Below, piece by piece: positions 37,054-45,926 of a DNA stretch of 64,000 nt; the stretch's first letter is position 1; the number at the start of each line of letters is the position of its first letter. Origin of the DNA: Rhodanobacteraceae bacterium (lineage in GTDB: Bacteria > Pseudomonadota > Gammaproteobacteria > Xanthomonadales > SZUA-5). A program made the position numbers and the translations under genes. The stretch is taken from positions 129 through 64,128 of the forward strand of contig JADKFD010000036.1 in the NCBI GenBank assembly GCA_016717705.1, given 5' to 3'. Under the pieces are notes generated by a model. It searched no databases and was not told where the DNA came from. It saw nothing but the letters and a program-made list of their open reading frames with translations.

Positions 37054-39453
37054 ATGTCGGATATCTTCGAAATTGCAATCGTGGGCTCGGGACCGGGTGG
37101 CATCAGTGCCGCGGCGCGGGCGGCCGAACTCAAGGTGTCGCATGTGTTGCTGGAAGCGGCGCCGCACCTGTCGAACACGATCTATCGCTATCAGAAAGGC
37201 AAGCACGTGATGGCCGAGCCCGAGGCTCTGCCCTTGCGTTCGCCGCTGACCTTCAGCGCCGGCAGTCGCGAGTCGATCCTCGAAGCCTGGGACGAAGGCG
37301 TCGCCAAGCTCGGCGTGAACATCCGTCACGGCGCCGAAATCACCGCGATCAAGAAGCTCGACGACCATTTCGAGCTGAGCATCGGGCGCAAGGACAAGGT
37401 GCTTGCACGCAACATCGTGCTCGGCGTAGGTCTGCAGGGCAACATCCGCAAGCTCGGCGTTCCTGGCGACGACGCGCCCTTCGTGCAGTACACGCTCGAC
37501 GATCCGGACGAGTACGAGGGCGAGACCATCATCGTCGTCGGCGCCGGCGATGCCGCGATCGAGAACGCCGTTGCGCTGGCCAAACAGAACCAGGTCGTCG
37601 TGGTCAATCGCCGCGACGAATTTGCGCGCGCCAAGGAAGGCAATCTGCGCAACATCAGCAAAGCCATCGAGGACGGCGTCATCGAGTGCTACTTCGGCAC
37701 CGCACCCGAGCGCGTCGACAAGTTGTCGGTAGGTCGCAAGCCGGGCCGCTTGATCCTGAATACGCCCAAGGGCCGCGCCCAGGTGCTGTGCGACCGCATC
37801 ATCGGTCGCCTCGGCGCCAATCCGCCGCGCGCTTTCGTCGAGGCCTGCGGCGTGGTGTTCCCGAACGCCGACCCTTCCGCGGTGCCGGCGATCAGCGCCA
37901 AGTACGAGAGCAACGTGCCGGGCCTGTACATCGTCGGCGCGCTCGGCGGCTATCCGCTGATCAAGCAGGCGATGAACCAGGGCTATGAAGTGGTCGAGTA
38001 CATCCTCGGCCGCAGCGTGGAGCCTGCCGACGAACCGCTGCTGCGCGCGAAGTTCCAGAGCATGGCCGGCTTCACTTCGGTTTCCGCGGCGCTGGAGAAG
38101 GTGCAGACCGCGGTGCCGCTGCTGGCCACGATCACGCCGCTGCAGTTGCGCGAGTTCATGATCGACTCGGGTATCCGCACGCCCAAGGCCGGCGAGGTGC
38201 TGTTCAAGCGCAACGACTACACCAACAGTTTCTACTGCATCGTCGAGGGCCAGGTGGAAGTGCTGGTCGACGAAGCCGCCGGCAAGCGCGTGGCGCTCGG
38301 CCCCGGCGAGTTCTTCGGCGAAATGAGCCTGATTTCCGGACGCCGCCGCAGCGCCACCGTGTTCGCCGGCGCCAACTGTGTGCTGATCGAGACGCCGCGG
38401 CGCTCGATGACCAAGCTGATCAACTCGGTCGATGCGGTCAAGAAACTGGTCGACCGCACCTTCGTCGAGCGCGCCATCCGCGCCCGCTTCGGCGACGAGG
38501 CGACCGCGGCGCAGATCAAGGAAGTGGTGTCCGGCGCCACGCTGCAGCGCTTCAAGGCCGGCGAGACGCTGTTCCGCGAGGGCGATGAAGGCGACTGCCT
38601 GCATCTGGTGCGGGTCGGCTCGCTGACCATCTCGCGCACCATCGGCGGCCGCGACATCGTGCTGTCCTATGTACCGGCCGGCAACTACGTCGGTGAAATG
38701 GCGGTGATCGGCGGCAGCAAGCGTTCCGCCACCGCCAAGGCCGCGGTCGCCACCGAGACCATCCGCGTCGAACGCGATGCCTTCCGCAAGCTGATGAACC
38801 AGAACCCGCTGCTGCGGGCGAAACTGGCTCAGGAAGTCAAGCAGCGCACGGCGGAAAACATCACCATGCAGGCCGCCGCTTCCGGCGGCGACATCATCTC
38901 CTTCCTGGTCGGCCAGGGCCTCGGCGAGGCCACCGACGTCCTGCTTATCGACGAATCGCTGTGCGTGCGCTGCGACAACTGCGAAAAGGCCTGCGCCGAG
39001 ACCCACGGCGGCACTTCGCGGCTGGATCGCGAGGCCGGGCCGACCTTCGCCAACGTCCACGTGCCGACCTCGTGCCGGCATTGCGAACATCCCCACTGCA
39101 TGAAGGACTGTCCGGCGGATGCGATCCACCGCGCGCCGAATGGCGAGGTCTACATCGCCGACAACTGCATCGGCTGCGGCAACTGCGAGCGCAACTGCCC
39201 TTACGGTGTGATCCACATGTCGGCCAAACCGAAGAAGAAGCCCGGTCTGCTGCAGTGGCTGCTGCTCGGCGCCGGCCCGGGGCCCGGCGAATCCCCCTAT
39301 GACCCCGACAGCCACGAGAAGAAGGCGGTCAAGTGCGATATGTGCAAGGACATCAAGGGCGGTGCATCGTGCGTGCGCGCCTGCCCGACCGGCGCGGCGA
39401 TTCGCATCAGCCCGGAACAACTGCCTGAATACGCCTTTGCCCGGGGGCCGTAA
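37054..39453 (+). CDS. FAD/NAD(P)-binding oxidoreductase fused to two cNMP-binding domains and a poly-ferredoxin (4Fe-4S) domain
   Basis: Rossmann motifs VGSGPGG and VGAGDAA. cNMP modules FGEMSLISGRRRSATV and VGEMAVIGGSKRSATAKA. Cys clusters CVRCDNCEKAC, CRHCEHPHCMKDCP, CIGCGNCERNCP and CDMC..(x)..CVRACP. No signal peptide. Confidence 0.85.
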   Translation: MSDIFEIAIVGSGPGGISAAARAAELKVSHVLLEAAPHLSNTIYRYQKGKHVMAEPEALPLRSPLTFSAGSRESILEAWDEGVAKLGVNIRHGAEITAIKKLDDHFELSIGRKDKVLARNIVLGVGLQGNIRKLGVPGDDAPFVQYTLDDPDEYEGETIIVVGAGDAAIENAVALAKQNQVVVVNRRDEFARAKEGNLRNISKAIEDGVIECYFGTAPERVDKLSVGRKPGRLILNTPKGRAQVLCDRIIGRLGANPPRAFVEACGVVFPNADPSAVPAISAKYESNVPGLYIVGALGGYPLIKQAMNQGYEVVEYILGRSVEPADEPLLRAKFQSMAGFTSVSAALEKVQTAVPLLATITPLQLREFMIDSGIRTPKAGEVLFKRNDYTNSFYCIVEGQVEVLVDEAAGKRVALGPGEFFGEMSLISGRRRSATVFAGANCVLIETPRRSMTKLINSVDAVKKLVDRTFVERAIRARFGDEATAAQIKEVVSGATLQRFKAGETLFREGDEGDCLHLVRVGSLTISRTIGGRDIVLSYVPAGNYVGEMAVIGGSKRSATAKAAVATETIRVERDAFRKLMNQNPLLRAKLAQEVKQRTAENITMQAAASGGDIISFLVGQGLGEATDVLLIDESLCVRCDNCEKACAETHGGTSRLDREAGPTFANVHVPTSCRHCEHPHCMKDCPADAIHRAPNGEVYIADNCIGCGNCERNCPYGVIHMSAKPKKKPGLLQWLLLGAGPGPGESPYDPDSHEKKAVKCDMCKDIKGGASCVRACPTGAAIRISPEQLPEYAFARGP

Positions 39454-39455
39454 CG

Positions 39456-40349
39456 ATGCATGACTCAATCCTCGACTATCGCGGCTTCCGCTATCTGTGG
39501 GTGGCGTTGATCCTGTCCATCGGGTCGATCGTGGCCTACCTCTGGCATGACCCGATCGGCGTGCCCAACGGCGGATCCTGGCTGGGCTACACGCTGGGCA
39601 CCATCGGCGCCCTGCTGATCCTGTGGCTGCTCTGGTTCGGCGTGCGCAAGCGCCGCTACTCCGGCGCCACCGGCAGTGTGCGCGGCTGGTTGTCGGCGCA
39701 CGTGTATCTGGGCACCACACTGATCCTGATCGCCTTCCTGCACGCGGGCTTCCAGGTTGGCTGGAACATCCACACGCTGGCACTGGTGCTGATGCTGCTG
39801 GTGATCTTCAGCGGCTTTTTTGGTGTCTATGCCTACCTGCGCTATCCGGCGATGATGACGCGCAATCGCGCCGACAGCACCCGCGACGCAATGCTTGCCG
39901 AGATCCGCGAACTCGACGGACAGACGTTGCAACTCGCCGACAAGGTCGACAAGAGCATCCACGATGCGATCTTGAGTTCGATCCAGCACAGCCAACTCGG
40001 CGGCGGCGTCTGGGCACAATTGACCCGGCGCGACGATTCGGCAATCGCCCTGGCCAAGCTCAAGGAAGCAGTACTGAAGTCCAACGGCGAGTCCAAGCAA
40101 TCGAAGTCCGGCCAGACCATGGTGATGATGGTGGATTTCCTCGCCAATCAGGCCAACGATACCCAATCGGAAAACCTGCGACGGCTGATCGACCTGGTCT
40201 CGCGCAAGCGCGCACTCGCCACCCGCGTGGCCCGCGACATCCAGTTGCAGGCGCTGATGGAAATCTGGCTGTACATCCACATTCCGCTGTCGCTGGGATT
40301 GCTCGGCGCATTGACCGCGCATGTGCTGTCGGTGTTTTTCTACTGGTAG
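39456..40349 (+). CDS. 5-TM membrane protein with two H-x13-H motifs (candidate di-haem b carrier)
   Basis: Starts 2 nt after the upstream stop. TM3 SAHVYLGTTLILIAFLHAG and the C-terminal TM YIHIPLSLGLLGALTAHVL each carry His-x13-His. A ~140-aa helical soluble insert lies between TM4 and TM5. Confidence 0.75.
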   Translation: MHDSILDYRGFRYLWVALILSIGSIVAYLWHDPIGVPNGGSWLGYTLGTIGALLILWLLWFGVRKRRYSGATGSVRGWLSAHVYLGTTLILIAFLHAGFQVGWNIHTLALVLMLLVIFSGFFGVYAYLRYPAMMTRNRADSTRDAMLAEIRELDGQTLQLADKVDKSIHDAILSSIQHSQLGGGVWAQLTRRDDSAIALAKLKEAVLKSNGESKQSKSGQTMVMMVDFLANQANDTQSENLRRLIDLVSRKRALATRVARDIQLQALMEIWLYIHIPLSLGLLGALTAHVLSVFFYW

Positions 40350-40381
40350 TGGGCGTTGTTTTCTTGCGGCTTTTCGCCGAT

Positions 40382-40473
40382 TGGTAAAACGTGAAAGGTG
40401 AAACGTGAAGAAGAGCGCGCGAATCGCATCCGTTGCAACGAAGTCCAATTTACGTTTCACGTTTCACGTTTTA
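40382..40473. repeat. inverted repeat with tandem GTGAAA(C/G) arms
   Basis: Left arm GGTAAAACGTGAAAGGTGAAACGTGAAG. Right arm TTTACGTTTCACGTTTCACGTTTTAC. It lies in the gap between the membrane-protein gene and the FHA-cytochrome gene. Confidence 0.9.
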
Positions 40474-40520
40474 CTGACTGCCCAGCAAAGTGACGTCCAG
40501 GCGAAGGGAGCCGGCACACC

Positions 40521-42233
40521 ATGAAATGGTTCATTCGCCGCGTCATCAAGAAGGGCAAGGGCAGCCTGCAGTTCGAGGAGGAAATTCATTTTGGCGAAAC
40601 CCTGACCATTGGCCGCGCTGCCAATCAGGCCATCTTCATCAACGATCTGCGCGCGGCGCTGGAACATGCCCGCGTGGTCGCGCTGGGCAACGGCCGTTTT
40701 CGCGTCGAATCGCTGGTGGCTGCAGGCGTCCGCATCGATGGCCGCTTCGAACATTCGGCCACGGCGACTGCAGGCAGCGCCATCGAGGTGGGCAACCTGC
40801 GCATCACGCTGGTCGACCCGCCGGCGGATTTCGAAGCGGCGGTCGAAGTGGGTCTGGTCGACAAGGCCGAAGTTGCCGCGCGCGAAGTATCCGAGGCGCT
40901 GCCGCAATCGCTGGCCGAAACCGGCCTGCGCAAACGCCGCTGGTCATGGGCCCTGCTGCTGTTGACGCTGACATTCGGACTGGCGATTCCGGTGACCGCG
41001 CATTTCGTGCCCACCTTGCGCTCGCTGACCAAGGATGTGCCGGCGATCGGCATGTCGACCTGGGACACCGGGCCACTGGCGTCGGCCCACCACACCATGG
41101 CCAACGACTGCCAGAGTTGTCACGGCACGCCGTTCAGTGTCATTGCGGACGACAAATGCATCGTCTGTCATACCAACACCAAGGCGCACGCCGATCCGGT
41201 GCGTTATGCATTGCCCGAAATTGCGGCCGCTCGCTGCGCCCACTGCCATCGCGACCACAACGGCGACACCGGACTGGTGCGCGCCGACCAGGAACTGTGC
41301 AGCGACTGCCATCGCAATCTGACCGAGCGCGTGAACAACGATACGCAATTGGCCAATGTCGGCGACTTCGGCACCGACCATCCGCAATTCAAGGTGCTGC
41401 TGCCGGCCTGGGACGCGCAGGGCAAGTTCACGCCCGAACGCGTGAGCATGGACCAGAAGCCGCTGACCGAGCGTTCCGGCCTCAAGTTCCCGCATTCCAA
41501 GCACCTGAACCCCGAAGGCCTGAAGACGCCCGACGGTGTGAAGAAGCTCGATTGCGCCAACTGCCACGCGCCCGAACCCGGAGGCGCGCTGCTGGCGCCG
41601 ATCGATTTCGAGCAGCATTGCCAGTCCTGCCATCGCCTCGATTTCGATCTGCGCATTCCCGACCGTCAGGTGGTCCACGGTGACGTGGCGGAGGTGCAAT
41701 TCACGCTTGCCGAGTTCTATTCCAAGGTGGCGCTGGAAGGCGGCTACGATGACGTCAAGGCACCGGTATTCGTGCGCGAACGCCGTCGTCCGGGGCAACC
41801 CGCGATGACCGCGCAGGAACAGCGTGATGCCCTGGTCTGGGCGCGCGACAAAGCCACCGAGATGACCGACTCGCTGATCAACAGCCGCACCTGTACCGTC
41901 TGCCATACGGTTTCCAAGGACCCGGCGGCCACCCAACTGGGCTGGGTGGTTGCGCCGGTACGCGTGGCCGGCGCGTGGTACGAGAAAGCCAGCTTCACGC
42001 ATGCCAAACACGCCACCATGGGCTGCAAGGACTGCCACGCGGCAGATCTCTCGCTGAGCAGCGCCGACCTTTTGATCCCGGATATCGGCGCGGTCGGTTC
42101 CAACAATGCCGTGGCACCTTACGCCTGCCGTGACTGCCACGGCGGCGAGAATGCCAAGCACAAGCTGGGCAGCACCTGCATCGATTGCCACGGATTCCAT
42201 CAGGCGCCGATGCCGTTGCGAGCCGCCAAATAG
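40521..42233 (+). CDS. FHA-like domain / single TM / decahaem c-type cytochrome
   Basis: ATG 40521 (GAAGGGAG upstream). N-terminus ...LTIGRAANQAIFINDLRAALEHARVV...VRIDGR...IEVGNLRITL is FHA-like, with some canonical residues substituted. TM segment WSWALLLLTLTFGLAIPVTA. Ten CXXCH: CQSCH, CIVCH, CAHCH, CSDCH, CANCH, CQSCH, CTVCH, CKDCH, CRDCH, CIDCH. Confidence 0.85.
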   Translation: MKWFIRRVIKKGKGSLQFEEEIHFGETLTIGRAANQAIFINDLRAALEHARVVALGNGRFRVESLVAAGVRIDGRFEHSATATAGSAIEVGNLRITLVDPPADFEAAVEVGLVDKAEVAAREVSEALPQSLAETGLRKRRWSWALLLLTLTFGLAIPVTAHFVPTLRSLTKDVPAIGMSTWDTGPLASAHHTMANDCQSCHGTPFSVIADDKCIVCHTNTKAHADPVRYALPEIAAARCAHCHRDHNGDTGLVRADQELCSDCHRNLTERVNNDTQLANVGDFGTDHPQFKVLLPAWDAQGKFTPERVSMDQKPLTERSGLKFPHSKHLNPEGLKTPDGVKKLDCANCHAPEPGGALLAPIDFEQHCQSCHRLDFDLRIPDRQVVHGDVAEVQFTLAEFYSKVALEGGYDDVKAPVFVRERRRPGQPAMTAQEQRDALVWARDKATEMTDSLINSRTCTVCHTVSKDPAATQLGWVVAPVRVAGAWYEKASFTHAKHATMGCKDCHAADLSLSSADLLIPDIGAVGSNNAVAPYACRDCHGGENAKHKLGSTCIDCHGFHQAPMPLRAAK

Positions 42234-42403
42234 GCGCTTGAATCGGGAGTGCGGCGCCAGTCGCCGCCTCCCGGAAGCCCGCAGGCGCTGATGGGGGGTG
42301 CGGGGCTTCTGGCCGACCCAGATCAGCAGCGGCGCCGCAGTCGCTGCGCCCTGCAAACGCACCCAAGCGCCTGCCAGCCGACCACTCCAAAATGCTCTTA
42401 CTT

Positions 42404-42507
42404 GGGGCGGTGGCCAGCCACCGCCCCCTACACGACAAAGCGCCGGCAAGCCGGCGCTTTGAAGGAGCCTGAACCCCCGGAAGCGGCCAGCGGACCGCCT
42501 CCGGGGG
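42404..42507. terminator. three consecutive GC-rich hairpins between convergent genes
   Basis: GGGGCGGTGG-CCAG-CCACCGCCCC (42404-42427). AAAGCGCCGGC-AA-GCCGGCGCTTT (42437-42460). CCCCCGGA..GCGG...CCGC..TCCGGGGG (42474-42507). Confidence 0.6.
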
Positions 42508-42514
42508 ATCACGC

Positions 42515-43552
42515 TCAATGCACGTTTGAACCAAAGTGCGCGCGGCAACCGCGATCCACCCACAAGCCACGGCGCGGCGTGTATCCCCAGGTCACGCCTT
42601 CGATGCAGGATTGACGCGAATACTGTTCGATCAGCACTGGCGTCCCGAAACGGGCATTCCAGCTGCACAGGGCATAGGCCCCGTCGAGACTTGCGCAGTC
42701 CATGGTGAAGCCGTCGTAATCGTCGGCGTCATAAAAACCGCCGCTCGGGCGATAGGCCTCGGCGAACACGCCGCCGCAACCGCGATCGACCCAGATCACA
42801 CCCGGCTTCTGACCCCAGGTGCGGCCTTCCACACACAGACTGCTGCGCGGAACCTGGCGCAGCAATTCAACCTGGCCGCGGAAGGCCACGTTGCATTCGC
42901 GATAGCCACGCACGCTCTGACAGGTGACTTCCGGAAGCTGACCGACCACCGGTGCCGATTCGATGAAGCGCGCACGGCAACCGCCGTGAACCCAGACCAT
43001 GCCCGGGCGATGGCCCCAGTTGCTGCCTTCAACGCAGCGGGTCGACGACAGTTGGCGCTCGATCACCGGAACATTGCGAAAACCGGTCGCACATTCGCGA
43101 TAGCGACCATCATTGGACTCGCAGGCGACGATCTGTCCACGCCCGGGGGGCTGATTGGTCCAACCCGGCGTGGTCCACCGCACCGGGGGCGGCGGCGGCG
43201 AGGGCGTGCCCGCATAGGTGTTGCCATCGACTCGATCGCGCAGCGATTGCGTCATGTCGTCTGTGATCTGCGCATAGGTCCAGCCACGCGGAATCTGTTC
43301 CAGGTAGAACTCCAGCTGGTCTTCCGGCAACGGACGGCCACCGGACAATTCGGCGAATTGCGCCTCCAGCACGCGCACCTGCTCCGGCTGCGTCAACTTG
43401 CGCAAGTCCTCAGGCGCGTACTTTGCGTTCGGCTCCTGAACCGCGGGCGTCTTGCCACTGGGTGTCTGCGCAAAGGCCAGGGGCATCGATGCAAACGTCA
43501 GTAACAGCAATGCGAGCGTGCTTGCCTTCAAAACGGTCGCTGCAAATCTCAT
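42515..43552 (-). CDS. secreted DUF3011-type Cys-repeat protein
   Basis: Signal peptide present. There are three repeats of the C.S..G.YREC.....V.L..Q.S...C.EG..WG.....(I/V)WV..GCRA.F pattern. Confidence 0.75.
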   Translation of the reverse strand: MRFAATVLKASTLALLLLTFASMPLAFAQTPSGKTPAVQEPNAKYAPEDLRKLTQPEQVRVLEAQFAELSGGRPLPEDQLEFYLEQIPRGWTYAQITDDMTQSLRDRVDGNTYAGTPSPPPPPVRWTTPGWTNQPPGRGQIVACESNDGRYRECATGFRNVPVIERQLSSTRCVEGSNWGHRPGMVWVHGGCRARFIESAPVVGQLPEVTCQSVRGYRECNVAFRGQVELLRQVPRSSLCVEGRTWGQKPGVIWVDRGCGGVFAEAYRPSGGFYDADDYDGFTMDCASLDGAYALCSWNARFGTPVLIEQYSRQSCIEGVTWGYTPRRGLWVDRGCRAHFGSNVH

Positions 43553-43879
43553 GTCACGTCTCCAGGGACTGCGCTCGGCGAACAGCCGCGCGGGAAACTC
43601 ATGTTAGCGCGGGTCCTGAGCCACGGTATGTGCGGCAGCAAACGCAGTTGGTTGCGCGACAGCTTGGGAAATCGGAAGCCCTCCCCCGGCGAATCTGTAG
43701 TGCGTTCCACGGCATTGCCCGCAGGGATCTGGAGATCGCCGCCGCTGAAGGCAAAAGCGTATTGATTGAATTGATATCCTCAGTCCACGCAAACGACGTG
43801 AATCCGAGGTTATGATCTGGACGCCGCGCATGACTCCGGGGGGAGCCATCGGCGCATAGAACTTCTGGGAGGGTGCACG

Positions 43880-45925
43880 ATGGCTTTCAGACGCATGCAC
43901 GGCTTGGCGTTGGGGATTGCAGTTGCCCTGCTCGCCGGGTGCGGAGGTGGCAGTGGCCGCGACACGACCGGCACGGCGCCGCCGCCCAACGCCCCATCCG
44001 AGGGTTGCACCGGCAGTTGCGCTGGAGCGGAATCGCGCCTGACCGTCGCCGACGTGCAGACGGTGATCGCGCAGGCCGTGGCCGAAGCCCAGGCCAACAA
44101 CCTGCCCGCCACCATCGCGGTGGTCGACCGTGTCGGCAATGTGCTCGGTGTCTATCGGATGACCAACGCACAGCCCACGGTTGCGATTCACTCCGAGCGC
44201 GATGTCGCCGGTGGTCTCGAAGACCTGATCGTGCCGTCGGAGCTCGCCGCGATTGCCAAGGCGATGACCGGCGCCTACCTGTCGAGCGAAGGCAACGCTT
44301 TCACCACCCGGACAGCCAGCCAGATCGTCCAGCAGGCCTTCAATCCGGGCGAGAGCAATGCGCCTTCAGGACCGTTGTTCGGCGTGCAGTTCTCGCAACT
44401 GCCCTGTTCCGACTTCATGACCCGGTTCCAGACCGGACAAGCGGCCGGCCCCGGCCCGCGGCGCTCGCCGCTCGGACTGTCGGCGGACCCGGGCGGTTTT
44501 CCGCTGTACAAGAATGGTGTTCCGGTCGGCGGCATCGGCGTTGCCGCTGACCCCGACTACACCCTGGACGCACGCATCTTCGATCGCGACCGCGACGTCG
44601 ACGAGATGATCGCGCTTGCCGGTACCTTCAACTTTGGCGCGCCAGTCAACCGCCGCGCCGACGCGATCACCGCCGATGGCAAGACCTTCCGCTACAGCGA
44701 CGTCGAATTCGCCGATCTGGCGCGCACACCGGGCAATGCGCCGGCGCTCACCGCGACAATGGGCGCATTCATTAAGGTGCCGGCCTATGCCGACGCGATT
44801 CCGCGCGAAGGCACCGCGTTTGGCACGGCCCTGTCGGGTATCCGCGCGGCCGGCAGCGAACTGTCGGACCTCGACGCCTTCATCGTGGTCGATGCCGCCA
44901 ACCAGAATCGCTATCCGGCGCGCGCCGGCACCGATGGCAGCGGCGCGCTGAGCGCCAACGAGGCACAGACCGTGCTGCGCGAAGCGCTCAAGGTCGCCAA
45001 CCGCGCCCGCGCGCAGATTCGCCAGCCGTTTGGAACGCAGGCGCGCGTCAGTGTTTCGGTCGTGGACACCAACGGCGCGGTGCTGGCACTGGCGCGCACC
45101 CGCGATGCGCCGGTGTTCGGCCTCGATGTTTCCCTGCAGAAAGCGCGTTCGGCGATGTTCTTTTCCAATGCCAACGCGGCGGCGGGACTGAACAGCCTGC
45201 CGAATCCAAGCTATTTCGGCGACACGGTGAACCTCGGTGCGACCCCGCCGGAAGTGCGCTTGCGCACCGTCGGCACGGGCACTCTGAGCACGACGGTGGC
45301 GCGCACCCGCGAGTTCCTCGGTTCAGCCACGGCGCTCGCCGACGGCGCCATCGCATTCAGCGACCGTGCGATCGGCAATCTGGCACGGCCGTACTATCCG
45401 GACGGCATCACCGGCCAAGCGGCGGGCCCGTTCAGCAACGAATTCAATTCCTGGAGCCCATTCGACGTCGGGCTGCAACTGGACCTGGCCTACAGCCAGA
45501 TCGCGCTGCACGTAGCCCACTATCTCAATCAGGCTGGACTTGCGCTGTACCTGGATGGGCAACTGCTGGCGCCACCGCCTTCGACCCAGAATCCGGTTCC
45601 GCTGCCCGATATCGGCTTCAACTGCACCGGGTTGCCCAGCCTCGCCAATGGCATCCAGATCTTTCCCGGCGCGGTGCCGATCTACCGCGGCGATCGCCTG
45701 GTCGGTGCGATCGGCGTTTCCGGCGACGGCGTCGATCAGGACGACATGGTGTCCTTCCTCGGTTTGCACAACGCCAGCGTTGCGCTGAACGGTGCCATCG
45801 GCCATGCGCCGACGACGCGTCGAGCCGATCTGCAGGTCCCACGCGGTGCGCGACTGCGTTATGTGCAATGTCCGCAGGCGCCTTTCATCGACTCCACCGA
45901 ACAGAACGTGTGCGAGGGCAAGTGA
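43880..45925 (+). CDS. lipoprotein with two GlcG/DUF336 (haem-degrading-like) domains
   Basis: Canonical lipobox ALLAGC. First domain ...ATIAVVDRVGNVLGVYRM...GGFPLYKNGVPVGGIGVAAD. Second domain ...VSVVDTNGAVLALARTRDAP...IFPGAVPIYRGDRLVGAIGVSGDGVDQDDMV. Confidence 0.75.
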   Translation: MAFRRMHGLALGIAVALLAGCGGGSGRDTTGTAPPPNAPSEGCTGSCAGAESRLTVADVQTVIAQAVAEAQANNLPATIAVVDRVGNVLGVYRMTNAQPTVAIHSERDVAGGLEDLIVPSELAAIAKAMTGAYLSSEGNAFTTRTASQIVQQAFNPGESNAPSGPLFGVQFSQLPCSDFMTRFQTGQAAGPGPRRSPLGLSADPGGFPLYKNGVPVGGIGVAADPDYTLDARIFDRDRDVDEMIALAGTFNFGAPVNRRADAITADGKTFRYSDVEFADLARTPGNAPALTATMGAFIKVPAYADAIPREGTAFGTALSGIRAAGSELSDLDAFIVVDAANQNRYPARAGTDGSGALSANEAQTVLREALKVANRARAQIRQPFGTQARVSVSVVDTNGAVLALARTRDAPVFGLDVSLQKARSAMFFSNANAAAGLNSLPNPSYFGDTVNLGATPPEVRLRTVGTGTLSTTVARTREFLGSATALADGAIAFSDRAIGNLARPYYPDGITGQAAGPFSNEFNSWSPFDVGLQLDLAYSQIALHVAHYLNQAGLALYLDGQLLAPPPSTQNPVPLPDIGFNCTGLPSLANGIQIFPGAVPIYRGDRLVGAIGVSGDGVDQDDMVSFLGLHNASVALNGAIGHAPTTRRADLQVPRGARLRYVQCPQAPFIDSTEQNVCEGK

Positions 45926-45926
45926 C

